From positions 2,417,469 to 2,481,468 of the forward strand of contig CBDBJR010000002.1 in NCBI GenBank assembly GCA_965206445.1: DNA of 64,000 nt. Direction: 5' to 3'. This DNA comes from Candidatus Poriferihabitaceae bacterium (GTDB taxonomy: Bacteria > Pseudomonadota > Gammaproteobacteria > Arenicellales > Poriferihabitantaceae). Position 1 is the first letter of the stretch; every line of letters begins with the position of its first letter. Made by a program: the position numbers and the translations under genes. Shown here piece by piece: positions 1-11,100 of the stretch. A model generated the notes under the pieces. That model was not told the origin of the DNA and did no database searches. It saw nothing but the letters and a program-made list of their open reading frames with translations.

Positions 1-703
1 GCTCGAACCCCATGTGGGTCGAGCCGTTGCGTGACACCAGCGCCGGGATCCCCATCAGCGCCGCCTTCATGACGATTTCAGAGGTCAGCCGGCCGGTGGA
101 ATACAGGATTTTGTCGTGCCCGCTCATGCCCTGCAGCCACATCTCACCGGCAATCGCGTCCATCGCGTTGTGCCGCCCCACGTCCTCGATAAACACCAGC
201 ACGTCGCCCCCCTCCCCCTGACACAGGCCGCAGCTGTGCACCGAGCCGGCGGCGCGGTACGCCTTGTTGTACGGCGCGACGTTTTTGAGCACGGTATAGA
301 TGTCGGATTGCCGGATGCGAATATCCGGCAGTCGGTGGTCGTATAATTTATCCAGCGTACAGCTGAGAATCGTGCCCTGCCCGCAGCCGGTGGTCACGGT
401 GCGCTTGAGCGCACTAAAGCCCGGCACCCCCTCGCCGGCCACCGTCGTCACCTCGGCCAGCTCGCGCTCCCAGTCAACCCGAATCGAATCGATCTCGGCC
501 GGCGAGTCAAACAACGCCTGGTTGCGCAGGTAGCCCAGCGCCAGTTTTTCCGGGTGCGTGCCCAGCGTCATCAACGTGACCAGCTCCTGGCCGTCCACCT
601 TGATCGTCAGCGGCAGCTCGCCAACGATATTGATGGTTTTCTCCTCGCCATACTGGTTGTGCGCCGCCACCTGATAAATCGACTCAATTCCGGCGTCGCT
701 CAT
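1..703 (-). CDS. fdhD: FdhD-family formate dehydrogenase accessory sulfurtransferase (3' end cut by left window edge)
   Basis: Not in the ORF track because no stop lies in the window. My own reverse-complement translation from the ATG at 703-701 gives MSDAGIESIYQVAAHNQYGEEKTINIVGELPLTIKVDGQELVTLMTLGTHPEKLALGYLRNQ...VHSCGLCQGEGGDVLVFIEDVGRHNAMDAIAGEMWLQGMSGHDKILYSTGRLTSEIVMKAALMGIPALVSRNGSTHMGFE. This is 234 codons with no stop down to position 2. EDVGRHNA(M/V)D and the SCGxC motif are FdhD signatures. The start codon choice is only moderately certain. Confidence 0.85.
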   Translation of the reverse strand, partial: MSDAGIESIYQVAAHNQYGEEKTINIVGELPLTIKVDGQELVTLMTLGTHPEKLALGYLRNQALFDSPAEIDSIRVDWERELAEVTTVAGEGVPGFSALKRTVTTGCGQGTILSCTLDKLYDHRLPDIRIRQSDIYTVLKNVAPYNKAYRAAGSVHSCGLCQGEGGDVLVFIEDVGRHNAMDAIAGEMWLQGMSGHDKILYSTGRLTSEIVMKAALMGIPALVSRNGSTHMGFE

Positions 704-930
704 TTTCGGCGGCTTGAACCGCGGCTGACCCGCCCCCCCGGTGGCCACCGGCGCGATTTCAGTCGGCTGCAAACGGCTTGATGATGTCATACAGGCCCTC
801 GTCGAATCGGTGCGCACATAGTCGGCAGTCGTGGGTTGGTCGAGCGCGTATCATAGCGCACCAGCCCACCGGGTGGGGCAACCGGCAGACGGCGCGGCAC
901 CGACCGCAACGGGTGCGCCGATGTTTACGC

Positions 931-1764
931 TCAGGCATCAACGGCGCCCAGCATCCGGCGCGTCTGCCGGCTATCGGCGAGCGGCCGGTCGCGGTCGGCC
1001 AGCAGGGCTTTGGCTTGCCGGATCAGATCCAGATTCGACCCGGCCATTTTGCCGTCGCGGGTCACCAGGCTGTTTTCAAACCCGACCCGGATATGGCCGC
1101 CGGTGTCGACGGCGCGTTCGAGGTGGTGATATTCGTGCGCGCCAAAACCGCACACCATCCAGTCTGCATTGGCCTGCCACCGGTCGACAAACCCGGCCAG
1201 CAGATCGGCGCCCGCAGGCGCCGCCGGGTATCGCCCGAGCACAAATAAAAGACTATGGCCGTGCGCCGGAATAAGCCCGCGCTGCAATAAGTGATAATAA
1301 TGCGCCAGCTCCGCCGGCGCATAGACAATCACCTGCGCCAGAATGTTTTCCGCCGCCAGCCAGTGGAAAAACGCCGCCGCCCGGCTCTCGGACGCGGCAT
1401 CGGGCGCCAGCTCGCGCAGCGCCACCGTCACCGCCTCCGGGTGCATTGCCTTGACTGCCGCAATCTGCTGCGGCGGCGAGTACAGGCCCATCGACTCGGT
1501 GGTCGCCTGAATCACCAGTTGATCGCCCACCGCCCGCCGGATGGCGCGCATCGTATCGACATAGATATCGGGGTCAAGGCTGTGCGCGCCGGTGGCCGTT
1601 CGGATATGCAGATGCAGCAGCGTAACGCCGGCGGCGCAGGCCTCGACAGCGGTTGCCACCAGCTCACGCTTGCTCAGCGGAATCGCCGGATGGTCGCACT
1701 TTTGTTTGCTGGCGCCGTTCGGGGCGAGCCCGATAACGGCGGGATGGCGCGCGGTTCTGGTCAT
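931..1764 (-). CDS. beta-keto acid cleavage enzyme family protein (BKACE / DUF849, 3-keto-5-aminohexanoate cleavage enzyme-like)
   Basis: 277-aa ORF in the track. The N-terminal ...AVIGLAPNG...HPAIPLSKRELVATAVEACAAGVTLLHLHIR...G.HSLDPDIY, then LVIQATTES, then C-terminal GGHIRVGFENSL match the conserved blocks of the BKACE TIM-barrel family. ATG at 1764-1762, stop at 931. Confidence 0.85.
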   Translation of the reverse strand: MTRTARHPAVIGLAPNGASKQKCDHPAIPLSKRELVATAVEACAAGVTLLHLHIRTATGAHSLDPDIYVDTMRAIRRAVGDQLVIQATTESMGLYSPPQQIAAVKAMHPEAVTVALRELAPDAASESRAAAFFHWLAAENILAQVIVYAPAELAHYYHLLQRGLIPAHGHSLLFVLGRYPAAPAGADLLAGFVDRWQANADWMVCGFGAHEYHHLERAVDTGGHIRVGFENSLVTRDGKMAGSNLDLIRQAKALLADRDRPLADSRQTRRMLGAVDA

Positions 1765-1893
1765 ACGCTCGGGCGGTCGGGGCGGGTTTTGCGGTCTATC
1801 GATAACAGACCAGCTGAGCTTACCATCGAATGCCCGGCGGCGATACTAACGGAGCACAGGCATTCCCGCCTGTGTTTATTTGCTCCGCAGGCA

Positions 1894-1952
1894 GGAAATC
1901 CGCCTGCGGCGGGAATTAGGAATTAGGAATTAGGAATTAGGAATTAGGAATG
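1894..1952. repeat. Left arm of long inverted repeat: GGAAAT + CCGCCTGCGGCGG palindrome + (GGAATTA)x5.7
   Basis: 1894-1952 reads ggaaatccgcctgcggcggg(aattagg)x5aatg. The reverse complement of 2101-2153 reads ggaaatccgcctgcggcggg(aattagg)x4aatga. The two are identical apart from one heptamer copy. Confidence 0.9.
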
Positions 1953-2046
1953 CCGCCTGCGGCGGGAATTAGGAATTAGGAATTAAGGATTGGAAATTGG
2001 GGACTGGGGATTGGGAATTGAGGATTAGGAGTCAAGAATCAGGAAT
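1912..2046 (+). repeat. Heptanucleotide microsatellite (GGAATTA)n, perfect then degenerate
   Basis: There are 5.7 perfect copies at 1912-1951, interrupted by the palindrome CCGCCTGCGGCGG at 1953-1965. Three more perfect copies lie at 1965-1985. Degenerate 7-mers follow (aggattg gaaattg gggactg gggattg ggaattg aggatta ggagtca agaatca ggaatgt) to about 2046. Confidence 0.9.
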
Positions 2047-2100
2047 GTCGCCGGTAACTCCGTCAAACCGGGCTATCACCTCGGTCAGCAAACCCCCTGA

Positions 2101-2153
2101 TCATTCCTAATTCCTAATTCCTAATTCCTAATTCCCGCCGCAGGCGGATTTCC
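2101..2153. repeat. Right arm of long inverted repeat: (TAATTCC)x4 + CCGCCGCAGGCGG + ATTTCC
   Basis: This is the reverse complement of the left arm (see 1894-1952). About 148 bp separate the arms. A further copy of the palindrome lies at 2153-2165, abutting the giant ORF stop codon. Confidence 0.9.
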
Positions 2154-2165
2154 CGCCGCAGGCGG
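2135..2165 (-). terminator. Two GC palindromes (CCGCC-TGC-GGCGG in mRNA sense) directly 3' of the giant ORF stop; candidate transcript-end or stabiliser structures
   Basis: Hairpins at 2153-2165 and 2135-2147 have 5-bp all-GC stems and 3-nt loops, starting 4 nt after the TAG. No canonical U-tract follows, so this is not a textbook intrinsic terminator. The 52-bp inverted repeat could form a much longer stem in the RNA. Confidence 0.3.
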
Positions 2166-2168
2166 CGG

Positions 2169-5100
2169 CTACCAGGTCCATTGCCACTGCAACTCGATGC
2201 GGTGATCGGCGTCGGCGTCGGTTCGTTCGCGGCGGCTGCCTTTTAGTTCCAGCTTGACGCCGTGGCCCAAATCAAAACTGGCACCCAGTCGCTGCGTGCG
2301 GCCGCCGCCTTCCAGTAGCGACGCACCCAGATACGGGCGCACCGTGCCGCCCAGCAGCCACAGGCCGTAGCCTACCTCGCCGTCCATCCGCAGCGCCGCC
2401 GACCGGTTCGACGTCGCTACATCCGACGCGCCGCGATCCCACAATTGCTTGACGCCGCTGCTGTCCCGGCCGTAGCTCGGCGACAGGCTGAACGACAGCC
2501 CGCGACCGCCCTGCCCCGGCGCCAGCCGCAGCCCACCGCTGATGCCCCATTCTTCGTAGTCCGCCAGCGCCAGCAGCCGGGTGCGGCCCGATAGCGTCAG
2601 ACCGCGCGTCGCATCACGCCACTCGAGGCCGACGCCCACCTCCATTCCCTGACCGCTCTGGCCGTCGCCGCCGTCATGCCGCAGGCCGATCTCACCGGTG
2701 CCGCGCAGGCTGCCGCCCGACTCGGTGTTGCGGGTATGGCTCGCCTCCAGGATCATCCGCAAGCGATGGCTCGATACATCCCCAAAACCGTCGGTGCTCA
2801 GATCAAAACTCACCTGCGACAGCGTCGCATCGCCGCGCAGCCGCAGCTCGTTGCGGCCACCCTCTGACACCGCACCCGACGCATGCAATCGACCGTTCGC
2901 CGCCACACTGATCGAGCCGACATTCAGATCGCTGCTGCGCGGGCCGTCGCTGTCGTCCAGCTCGACCTCGCCGACGCCGTAGCCCACACTCGCCCATAAA
3001 TCCAGATCATCCGACGGCGACCAGCCGATGTACGGGTTCACGCTGCTGACATTCAGATCGTACTTGCCCCCGCCCTCGATGGCCGCGTCGGTATACTCGA
3101 ACTCGCCTTCGGTATACGACAGCAATACCCCCACCAGCACGTCATCACGCAGCCGCGTGTCGATGCCCACCAGCCCGCTGTACAGATCGCCGTTCCAATT
3201 CACCCCGTCCTCGTCGCCCGCCAGGTGGCTGTAGTTGCCGATGCCGTACAGCGAACTGGTGGGCATGCCAACCCGCTCGCCGTCGGCCGAGAACGCCAGG
3301 TCATCAATCAAGTCGCGCAGATCAAACGTGTCCAACTGCCGCAACCGCCGGCTCAGCTCGAGCTCGGCCGCATCGCTGGACAGCCATTGCTCCAACTGCT
3401 CCATCATACTCAAGCCGGATGCTGACTCGCCGACGCCATCCGGTGTACTGCCGACCACGCCGCCGAGCGACCCGGCGCCCGCGCTCAGCCGCCCGGCTAT
3501 CAAGCCATTGCCGACGTCCGCCAGTCTCGAGAATACCCGCGGCAAGACACCCTCATTCAACTGCACGGTCTGCGGCGCGCCATCCGCGCGCACCACCGTC
3601 AGCGTGTACGTCCTGGTCGTGCTGCCGTCCGCCGCCGTTACCTCAATCTCGATCCGGTTCTCGCCAAACGCCAGTGCAATGGGGCTGCTGGCGCTGCCGC
3701 TGGTGACGCTGGCGCCGTTGACGGTAATCGTGGCTCTGGAGTCGGTGGCGGTCGGCGTCACGGTGACCGTGCCGACGCTGTTGGCGAGCGCGACGGTATA
3801 GGCCGTGGTGGTGGAGTCAAACGCCGGGTTCAGGATGCCGTCGGACACGCTCAGGCCGCTCAACGTGGCGTCGGTCGAGGCGTCGTCATCCTCGACCGCG
3901 ACACTGGCGCTGTCGGCGGTGCCGTCCACCGTGTAGTCGATGCCGGCGGTCACGGTCGCGGTGATGCTGCCGTTCTCCTCATCAGTGCCGTCGTCGGTGG
4001 TGGGCACCGTCAGGGTGGCGGTGGTGGTGGTGGCGGCGATGGTGACCGATGTCGGCGCGACGCCGGCAATGAAGTCGCCCGCCTGCGTCACCGTCACCAG
4101 GACGGTCAGGTCGCTCGCCGGAGCCGTGTCCGCCGTCAGCGTGAAGGTGGCCGCCGTGCCCTCGGTCACCGAGGAAGTCCCGGCGGCGATGGAGATGGCG
4201 GGCAGCGCCGTACGGGTGGCGGTGACCGTGTAGGTCAGCGTGGTGGTGGTGTCTTCGGCGGTGACGATAATGTCAATGTCCAGCGGCGTGTCGATCTCCA
4301 GGACAATATCGGCGCTTTCGCTGCCGCTGGTGACGCTGGCGCCGTTGACGGTAATCGTGGCTCTGGAGTCGGTGGCGGTCGGCGTCACGGTGACCGTGCC
4401 GACGCTGTCGTCAACCGCGACGGTATAGACCGTGGTGGTGGAGTCAAACGCCGGGTTCAGGATGCCGTCGGACACGCTCAGGCCGCTCAACGTGGCGTCG
4501 GTCGAGGCGTCGTCATCCTCGACCGCGACACTGGCGCTGTCGGCGGTGCCGTCCACCGTGTAGTCGGTGCCGGCGGTCACGGTCGCGGTGATGCTGCCGT
4601 TCTCCTCATCAGTGCCGTCGTCGGTGGTGGGCACCGTCAGGGTGGCGGTGGTGGTGGTGGCGGCGATGGTGACCGACGTCGGCGCGACGCCGGCAATGAA
4701 GTCGCCCGCCTGCGTCACCGTCACCAGGACGGTCAGGTCGCTCGCCGGAGCCGGGTCCGCCGTCAGCGTGAAGGTGGCCGCCGTGCCCTCGGTCACCGAG
4801 GAAGTCCCGGCGGCGATGGAGATGGCGGGCAGCGCCGCACGGGTGGCGGTGACCGTGTAGGTCAGCGTGGTGGTGGTGTCTTCGGCGGTGACGATAATGT
4901 CAATGTCCAGCGGCGTGTCGATCTCCAGGACAATATCGGCGCTTTCGCTGCCGCTGGTGACGCTGGCGCCGTTGACGGTAATCGTGGCTCCGGAGTCGGT
5001 GGCGGTCGGCGTCACGGTGACCGTGCCGACGCTGTTGGCGAGCGCGACGGTATAGGCCGTGGTGGTGGAGTCAAACGCCGGGTCCAGGGTGCCGTCGGAC

Positions 5101-8100
5101 ACGCTCAGGCCGCTCAACGTGGCGTCGGTCGAGGCGTCGTCATCCTCGACCGCGACACTGGCGCTGTCGGCGGTGCCGTCCACCGTGTAGTCGGTGCCGG
5201 CGGTCACGGTCGCGGTGATGCTGCCGTTCGGCTCGTCAGTGCCGTCGTCGGTGGTGGGCACCGTCAGGGTGGCGGTGGTGGTGGTGGCGGCGATGGTGAC
5301 CGACGTCGGCGCGACGCCGTCAATGAAGTCGCCCGCCTGCGTCACTGTCACCAGGACGGTCAGGTCGCTCGCCGGAGCCGGGTCCGCCGTCAGCGTGAAG
5401 GTGGCCGCCGTGCCCTCGGTCACCGAGGAAGTCCCGGCGGCGATGGAGATGGCGGGCAGCGCCGCACGGGTGGCGGTGACCGTGTAGGTCAGCGTGGTGG
5501 TGGTGTCTTCGGCGGTGACGATAATGTCAATGTCCAGCGGCGTGTCGATCTCCAGGACAATATCGGCGCTTTCGCTGCCGCTGGTGACGCTGGCGCCGTT
5601 GACGGTAATCGTGGCTCTGGAGTCGGTGGCGGTCGGCGTCACGGTGACCGTGCCGACGCTGTTGGCGAGCGCGACGGTATAGGCCGTGGTGGTGGAGTCA
5701 AACGCCGGGGTCAGGATGCCGTCGGACACGCTCAGGCCGCTCAACGTGGCGTCGGTCGAGGCGTCGTCATCCTCGACCGCGACACTGGCGCTGTCGGCGG
5801 TGGTGTCCACCGTGTAGTCGGTGCCGGCGGTCACGGTCGCGGTGATGCTGCCGTTCTCCTCGTCAGTGCCGTCGTCGGTGGTGGGCACCGTCAGGGTGGC
5901 GGTGGTGGTGGTGGCGGCGATGGTGACCGACGTCGGCGCGACGCCGGCAATGAAGTCGCCCACCTGCGTCACCGTCACCAGGACGGTCAGGTCGCTCGCC
6001 GGAGCCGTGTCCGCCGTCAGCGTGAAGGTGGCCGCCGTGCCCTCGGTCACCGAGGAAGTCCCGGCGGCGATGGAGATGGCGGGCAGCGCCGCACGGGTGG
6101 CGGTGACCGTGTAGGTCAGCGTGGTGGTGGTGTCTTCGGCGGTGACGATAATGTCAATGTCCAGCGGCGTGTCGATCTCCAGGACAATATCGGCGCTTTC
6201 GCTGCCGCTGGTGACGCTGGCGCCGTTGACGGTAATCGTGGCTCCGGAGTCGGTGGCGGTCGGCGTCACGGTGACCGTGCCGACGCTGTTGGCGAGCGCG
6301 ACGGTATAAGCCGTGGTGGTGGAGTCAAACGCCGGGTTCAGGATGCCGTCGGACACGCTCAGGCCGCTCAACGTGGCGTCGGTCGAGGCGTCGTCATCCT
6401 CGACCGCGACACTGGCGCTGTCGGCGGTGCCGTCCACCGTGTAGTCGGTGCCGGCGGTCACGGTCGCGGTGATGCTGCCGTTCTCCTCGTCAGTGCCGTC
6501 GTCGGTGGTGGGCACCGTCAGGGTGGCGGTGGTGGTGGTGGCGGCGATGGTGACCGACGTCGGCGCGACGCCGGCAATGAAGTCGCCCACCTGCGTCACC
6601 GTCACCAGGACGGTCAGGTCGCTCGCCGGAGCCGTGTCCGCCGTCAGCGTGAAGGTGGCCGCCGTGCCCTCGGTCACCGAGGAAGTCCCGGCGGCGATGG
6701 AGATGGCGGGCAGCGCCGCACGGGTGGCGGTGACCGTGTAGGTCAGCGTGGTGGTGGTGTCTTCGGCGGTGACGATAATGTCAATGTCCAGCGGCGTGTC
6801 GATCTCCAGGACAATATCGGCGCTGTCGCTGCCGCTGGTGACGCTGGCGCCGTTGACGGTAATCGTGGCTCCGGAGTCGGTGGCGGTCGGCGTCACGGTG
6901 ACCGTGCCGACGCTGTTGGCGAGCGCGACGGTATAAGCCGTGGTGGTGGAGTCAAACGCCGGGTCCAGGATGCCGTCGGACACGCTCAGGCCGCTCAACG
7001 TGGCGTCGGTCGAGGCGTCGTCATCCTCGACCGCGACACTGGCGCTGTCGGCGGTGGTGTCCACCGTGTAGTCGGTGCCGGCGGTCACGGTCGCGGTGAT
7101 GCTGCCGTTCTCCTCGTCAGTGCCGTCGTCGGTGGTGGGCACCGTCAGGGTGGCGGTGGTGGTGGTGGCGGCGATGGTGACCGACGTCGGCGCGACGCCG
7201 GCAATGAAGTCGCCCACCTGCGTCACCGTCACCAGGACGGTCAGGTCGCTCACCGGAGCCGTGTCCGCCGTCAGCGTGAAGGTGGCCGCCGTGCCCTCGG
7301 TCACCGAGGAAGTCCCGGCGGCGATGGAGATGGCGGGCAGCGCCGCACGGGTGGCGGTGACCGTGTAGGTCAGCGTGGTGGTGGTGTCTTCGGCGGTGAC
7401 GATAATGTCAATGTCCAGCGGCGTGTCGATCTCCAGGACAATATCGGCGCTTTCACTGCCGCTGGTGACGCTGGCGCCGTTGACGGTAATCGTGGCTCTG
7501 GAGTCGGTGGCGGTCGGCGTCACGGTGACCGTGCCGACGCTGTTGGCGAGCGCGACGGTATAGACCGTGGTGGTGGAGTCAAACGCCGGGTCCAGGATGC
7601 CGTCGGACACGCTCAGGCCGCTCAACGTGGCGTCGGTCGAGGCGTCGTCATCCTCGACCGCGACACTGGCGCTGTCGGCGGTGCCGTCCACCGTGTAGTC
7701 GATGCCGGCGGTCACGGTCGCGGTGATGCTGCCGTTCTCCTCGTCAGTGCCGTCGTCGGTGGTGGGCACCGTCAGGGTGGCGGTGGTGGTGGTGGCGGCG
7801 ATGGTGACCGACGTCGGCGCGACGCCGGCAATGAAGTCGCCCACCTGCGTCACCGTCACCAGGACGGTCAGGTCGCTCGCCGGAGCCGTGTCCGCCGTCA
7901 GCGTGAAGGTGGCCGCCGTGCCCTCGGTCACCGAGGAAGTCCCGGCGGCGATGGAGATGGCGGGCAGCGCCGCACGGGTGGCGGTGACCGTGTAGGTCAG
8001 CGTGGTGGTGGTGTCTTCGGCGGTGACGATAATGTCAATGTCCAGCGGCGTGTCGATCTCCAGGACAATATCGGCGCTTTCGCTGCCGCTGGTGACGCTG

Positions 8101-11100
8101 GCGCCGTTGACGGTAATCGTGGCTCCGGAGTCGGTGGCGGTCGGCGTCACGGTGACCGTGCCGACGCTGTTGGCGAGCGCGACGGTATAGGCCGTGGTGG
8201 TGGAGTCAAACGCCGGGGTCAGGATGCCGTCGGACACGCTCAGGCCGCTCAACGTGGCGTCGGTCGAGGCGTCGTCATCCTCGACCGCGACACTGGCGCT
8301 GTCGGCGGTGCCGTCCACCGTGTAGTCGGTGCCGGCGGTCACGGTCGCGGTGATGCTGCCGTTCTCCTCGTCAGTGCCGTCGTCGGTGGTGGGCACCGTC
8401 AGGGTGGCGGTGGTGGTGGTGGCGGCGATGGTGACCGACGTCGGCGCGACGCCGGCAATGAAGTCGCCCACCTGCGTCACCGTCACCAGGACGGTCAGGT
8501 CGCTCTCCGGAGCCGTGTCCGCCGTCAGCGTGAAGGTGGCCGCCGTGCCCTCGGTCACCGAGGAAGTCCCGGCGGCGATGGAGATGGCGGGCAGCGCCGC
8601 ACGGGTGGCGGTGACCGTGTAGGTCAGCGTGGTGGTGGTGTCTTCGGCGGTGACGATAATGTCAATGTCCAGCGGCGTGTCGATCTCCAGGACAATATCG
8701 GCGCTTTCGCTGCCGCTGGTGACGCTGGCGCCGTTGACGGTAATCGTGGCTCCGGAGTCGGTGGCGGTCGGCGTCACGGTGACCGTGCCGACGCTGTCGT
8801 CGAGCGCGACGGTATAGGCCGTGGTGGTGGAGTCAAACGCCGGGTCCAGGATGCCGTCGGACACGCTCAGGCCGCTCAACGTGGCGTCGGTCGAGGCGTC
8901 GTCATCCTCGACCGCGACACTGGCGCTGTCGGCGGTGCCGTCCACCGTGTAGTCGGTGCCGGCGGTCACGGTCGCGGTGATGCTGCCGTTCTCCTCGTCA
9001 GTGCCGTCGTCGGTGGTGGGCACCGTCAGGGTGGCGGTGGTGGTGGTGGCGGCGATGGTGACCGACGTCGGCGCGACGCCGGCAATGAAGTCGCCCGCCT
9101 GCGTCACTGTCACCAGGACGGTCAGGTCGCTCGCCGGAGCCGGGTCCGCCGTCAGCGTGAAGGTGGCCGCCGTGCCCTCGGTCACCGAGGAAGTCCCGGC
9201 GGCGATGGAGATGGCGGGCAGCGCCGCACGGGTGGCGGTGACCGTGTAGGTCAGCGTGGTGGTGGTGTCTTCGGCGGTGACGATAATGTCAATGTCCAGC
9301 GGCGTGTCGATCTCCAGGACAATATCGGCGCTTTCGCTGCCGCTGGTGACGCTGGCGCCGTTGACGGTAATCGTGGCTCTGGAGTCGGTGGCGGTCGGCG
9401 TCACGGTGACCGTGCCGACGCTGTTGGCGAGCGCGACGGTATAGGCCGTGGTGGTGGAGTCAAACGCCGGGGTCAGGATGCCGTCGGACACGCTCAGGCC
9501 GCTCAACGTGGCGTCGGTCGAGGCGTCGTCATCCTCGACCGCGACACTGGCGCTGTCGGCGGTGGTGTCCACCGTGTAGTCGGTGCCGGCGGTCACGGTC
9601 GCGGTGATGCTGCCGTTCTCCTCGTCAGTGCCGTCGTCGGTGGTGGGCACCGTCAGGGTGGCGGTGGTGGTGGTGGCGGCGATGGTGACCGACGTCGGCG
9701 CGACGCCGGCAATGAAGTCGCCCACCTGCGTCACCGTCACCAGGACGGTCAGGTCGCTCGCCGGAGCCGTGTCCGCCGTCAGCGTGAAGGTGGCCGCCGT
9801 GCCCTCGGTCACCGAGGAAGTCCCGGCGGCGATGGAGATGGCGGGCAGCGCCGCACGGGTGGCGGTGACCGTGTAGGTCAGCGTGGTGGTGGTGTCTTCG
9901 GCGGTGACGATAATGTCAATGTCCAGCGGCGTGTCGATCTCCAGGACAATATCGGCGCTTTCGCTGCCGCTGGTGACGCTGGCGCCGTTGACGGTAATCG
10001 TGGCTCCGGAGTCGGTGGCGGTCGGCGTCACGGTGACCGTGCCGACGCTGTTGGCGAGCGCGACGGTATAAGCCGTGGTGGTGGAGTCAAACGCCGGGTT
10101 CAGGATGCCGTCGGACACGCTCAGGCCGCTCAACGTGGCGTCGGTCGAGGCGTCGTCATCCTCGACCGCGACACTGGCGCTGTCGGCGGTGCCGTCCACC
10201 GTGTAGTCGGTGCCGGCGGTCACGGTCGCGGTGATGCTGCCGTTCTCCTCGTCAGTGCCGTCGTCGGTGGTGGGCACCGTCAGGGTGGCGGTGGTGGTGG
10301 TGGCGGCGATGGTGACCGACGTCGGCGCGACGCCGGCAATGAAGTCGCCCACCTGCGTCACCGTCACCAGGACGGTCAGGTCGCTCGCCGGAGCCGTGTC
10401 CGCCGTCAGCGTGAAGGTGGCCGCCGTGCCCTCGGTCACCGAGGAAGTCCCGGCGGCGATGGAGATGGCGGGCAGCGCCGCACGGGTGGCGGTGACCGTG
10501 TAGGTCAGCGTGGTGGTGGTGTCTTCGGCGGTGACGATAATGTCAATGTCCAGCGGCGTGTCGATCTCCAGGACAATATCGGCGCTGTCGCTGCCGCTGG
10601 TGACGCTGGCGCCGTTGACGGTAATCGTGGCTCCGGAGTCGGTGGCGGTCGGCGTCACGGTGACCGTGCCGACGCTGTTGGCGAGCGCGACGGTATAAGC
10701 CGTGGTGGTGGAGTCAAACGCCGGGTTCAGGATGCCGTCGGACACGCTCAGGCCGCTCAACGTGGCGTCGGTCGAGGCGTCGTCATCCTCGACCGCGACA
10801 CTGGCGCCGTCGGCGGTGCCGTCCACCGTGTAGTCGATGCCGGCGGTCACGGTCGCGGTGATGCTGCCGTTCTCCTCGTCAGTGCCGTCGTCGGTGGTGG
10901 GCACCGTCAGGGTGGCGGTGGTGGTGGTGGCGGCGATGGTGACCGACGTCGGCGCGACGCCGGCAATGAAGTCGCCCACCTGCGTCACCGTCACCAGGAC
11001 GGTCAGGTCGCTCGCCGGAGCCGGGTCCGCCGTCAGCGTGAAGGTGGCCGCCGTGCCCTCGGTCACCGAGGAAGTCCCGGCGGCGATGGAGATGGCGGGC

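Noticed and set aside
759-941. 60-aa minus-strand ORF between the BKACE stop and the fdhD start
   Set aside because: Its Arg/Cys-rich translation (MMPERKHRRTRCGRCRAVCRL...) has no recognisable motif. It overlaps the BKACE stop and lies in a probable promoter/leader region. A TATGAT (850-855) / TTGCCC (876-881) pair there has a 20-nt spacer, too weak for me to call a promoter.
12-1926. Plus-strand ORFs overlapping the fdhD and BKACE region (12-221, 116-346, 300-533, 554-781, 778-1248, 831-1274, 1291-1926, 1592-1849)
   Set aside because: They are antisense or out-of-frame shadows of two minus-strand genes with clear family signatures. Their translations are R/P/A-rich and featureless.
1912-2134. 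Heptamer repeat tract as a CRISPR array, telomere-like repeat or small-protein coding repeat
   Set aside because: A 7-bp unit with no spacers cannot be CRISPR. The tract lies in an intergenic gap between two same-strand genes, and it does not maintain an ORF with a plausible start.
2172-3585. T1SS RTX-adhesin C-terminus (LapA/SiiE-like), T9SS CTD, or LPXTG/sortase anchor
   Set aside because: There are no GGxGxD nonapeptide repeats and no short T9SS-type CTD or LPXTG motif. Instead there is a ~360-aa amphipathic beta-strand domain ending in Trp, which fits an outer-membrane autotransporter barrel. No ABC/MFP/TolC genes are adjacent on the downstream side.
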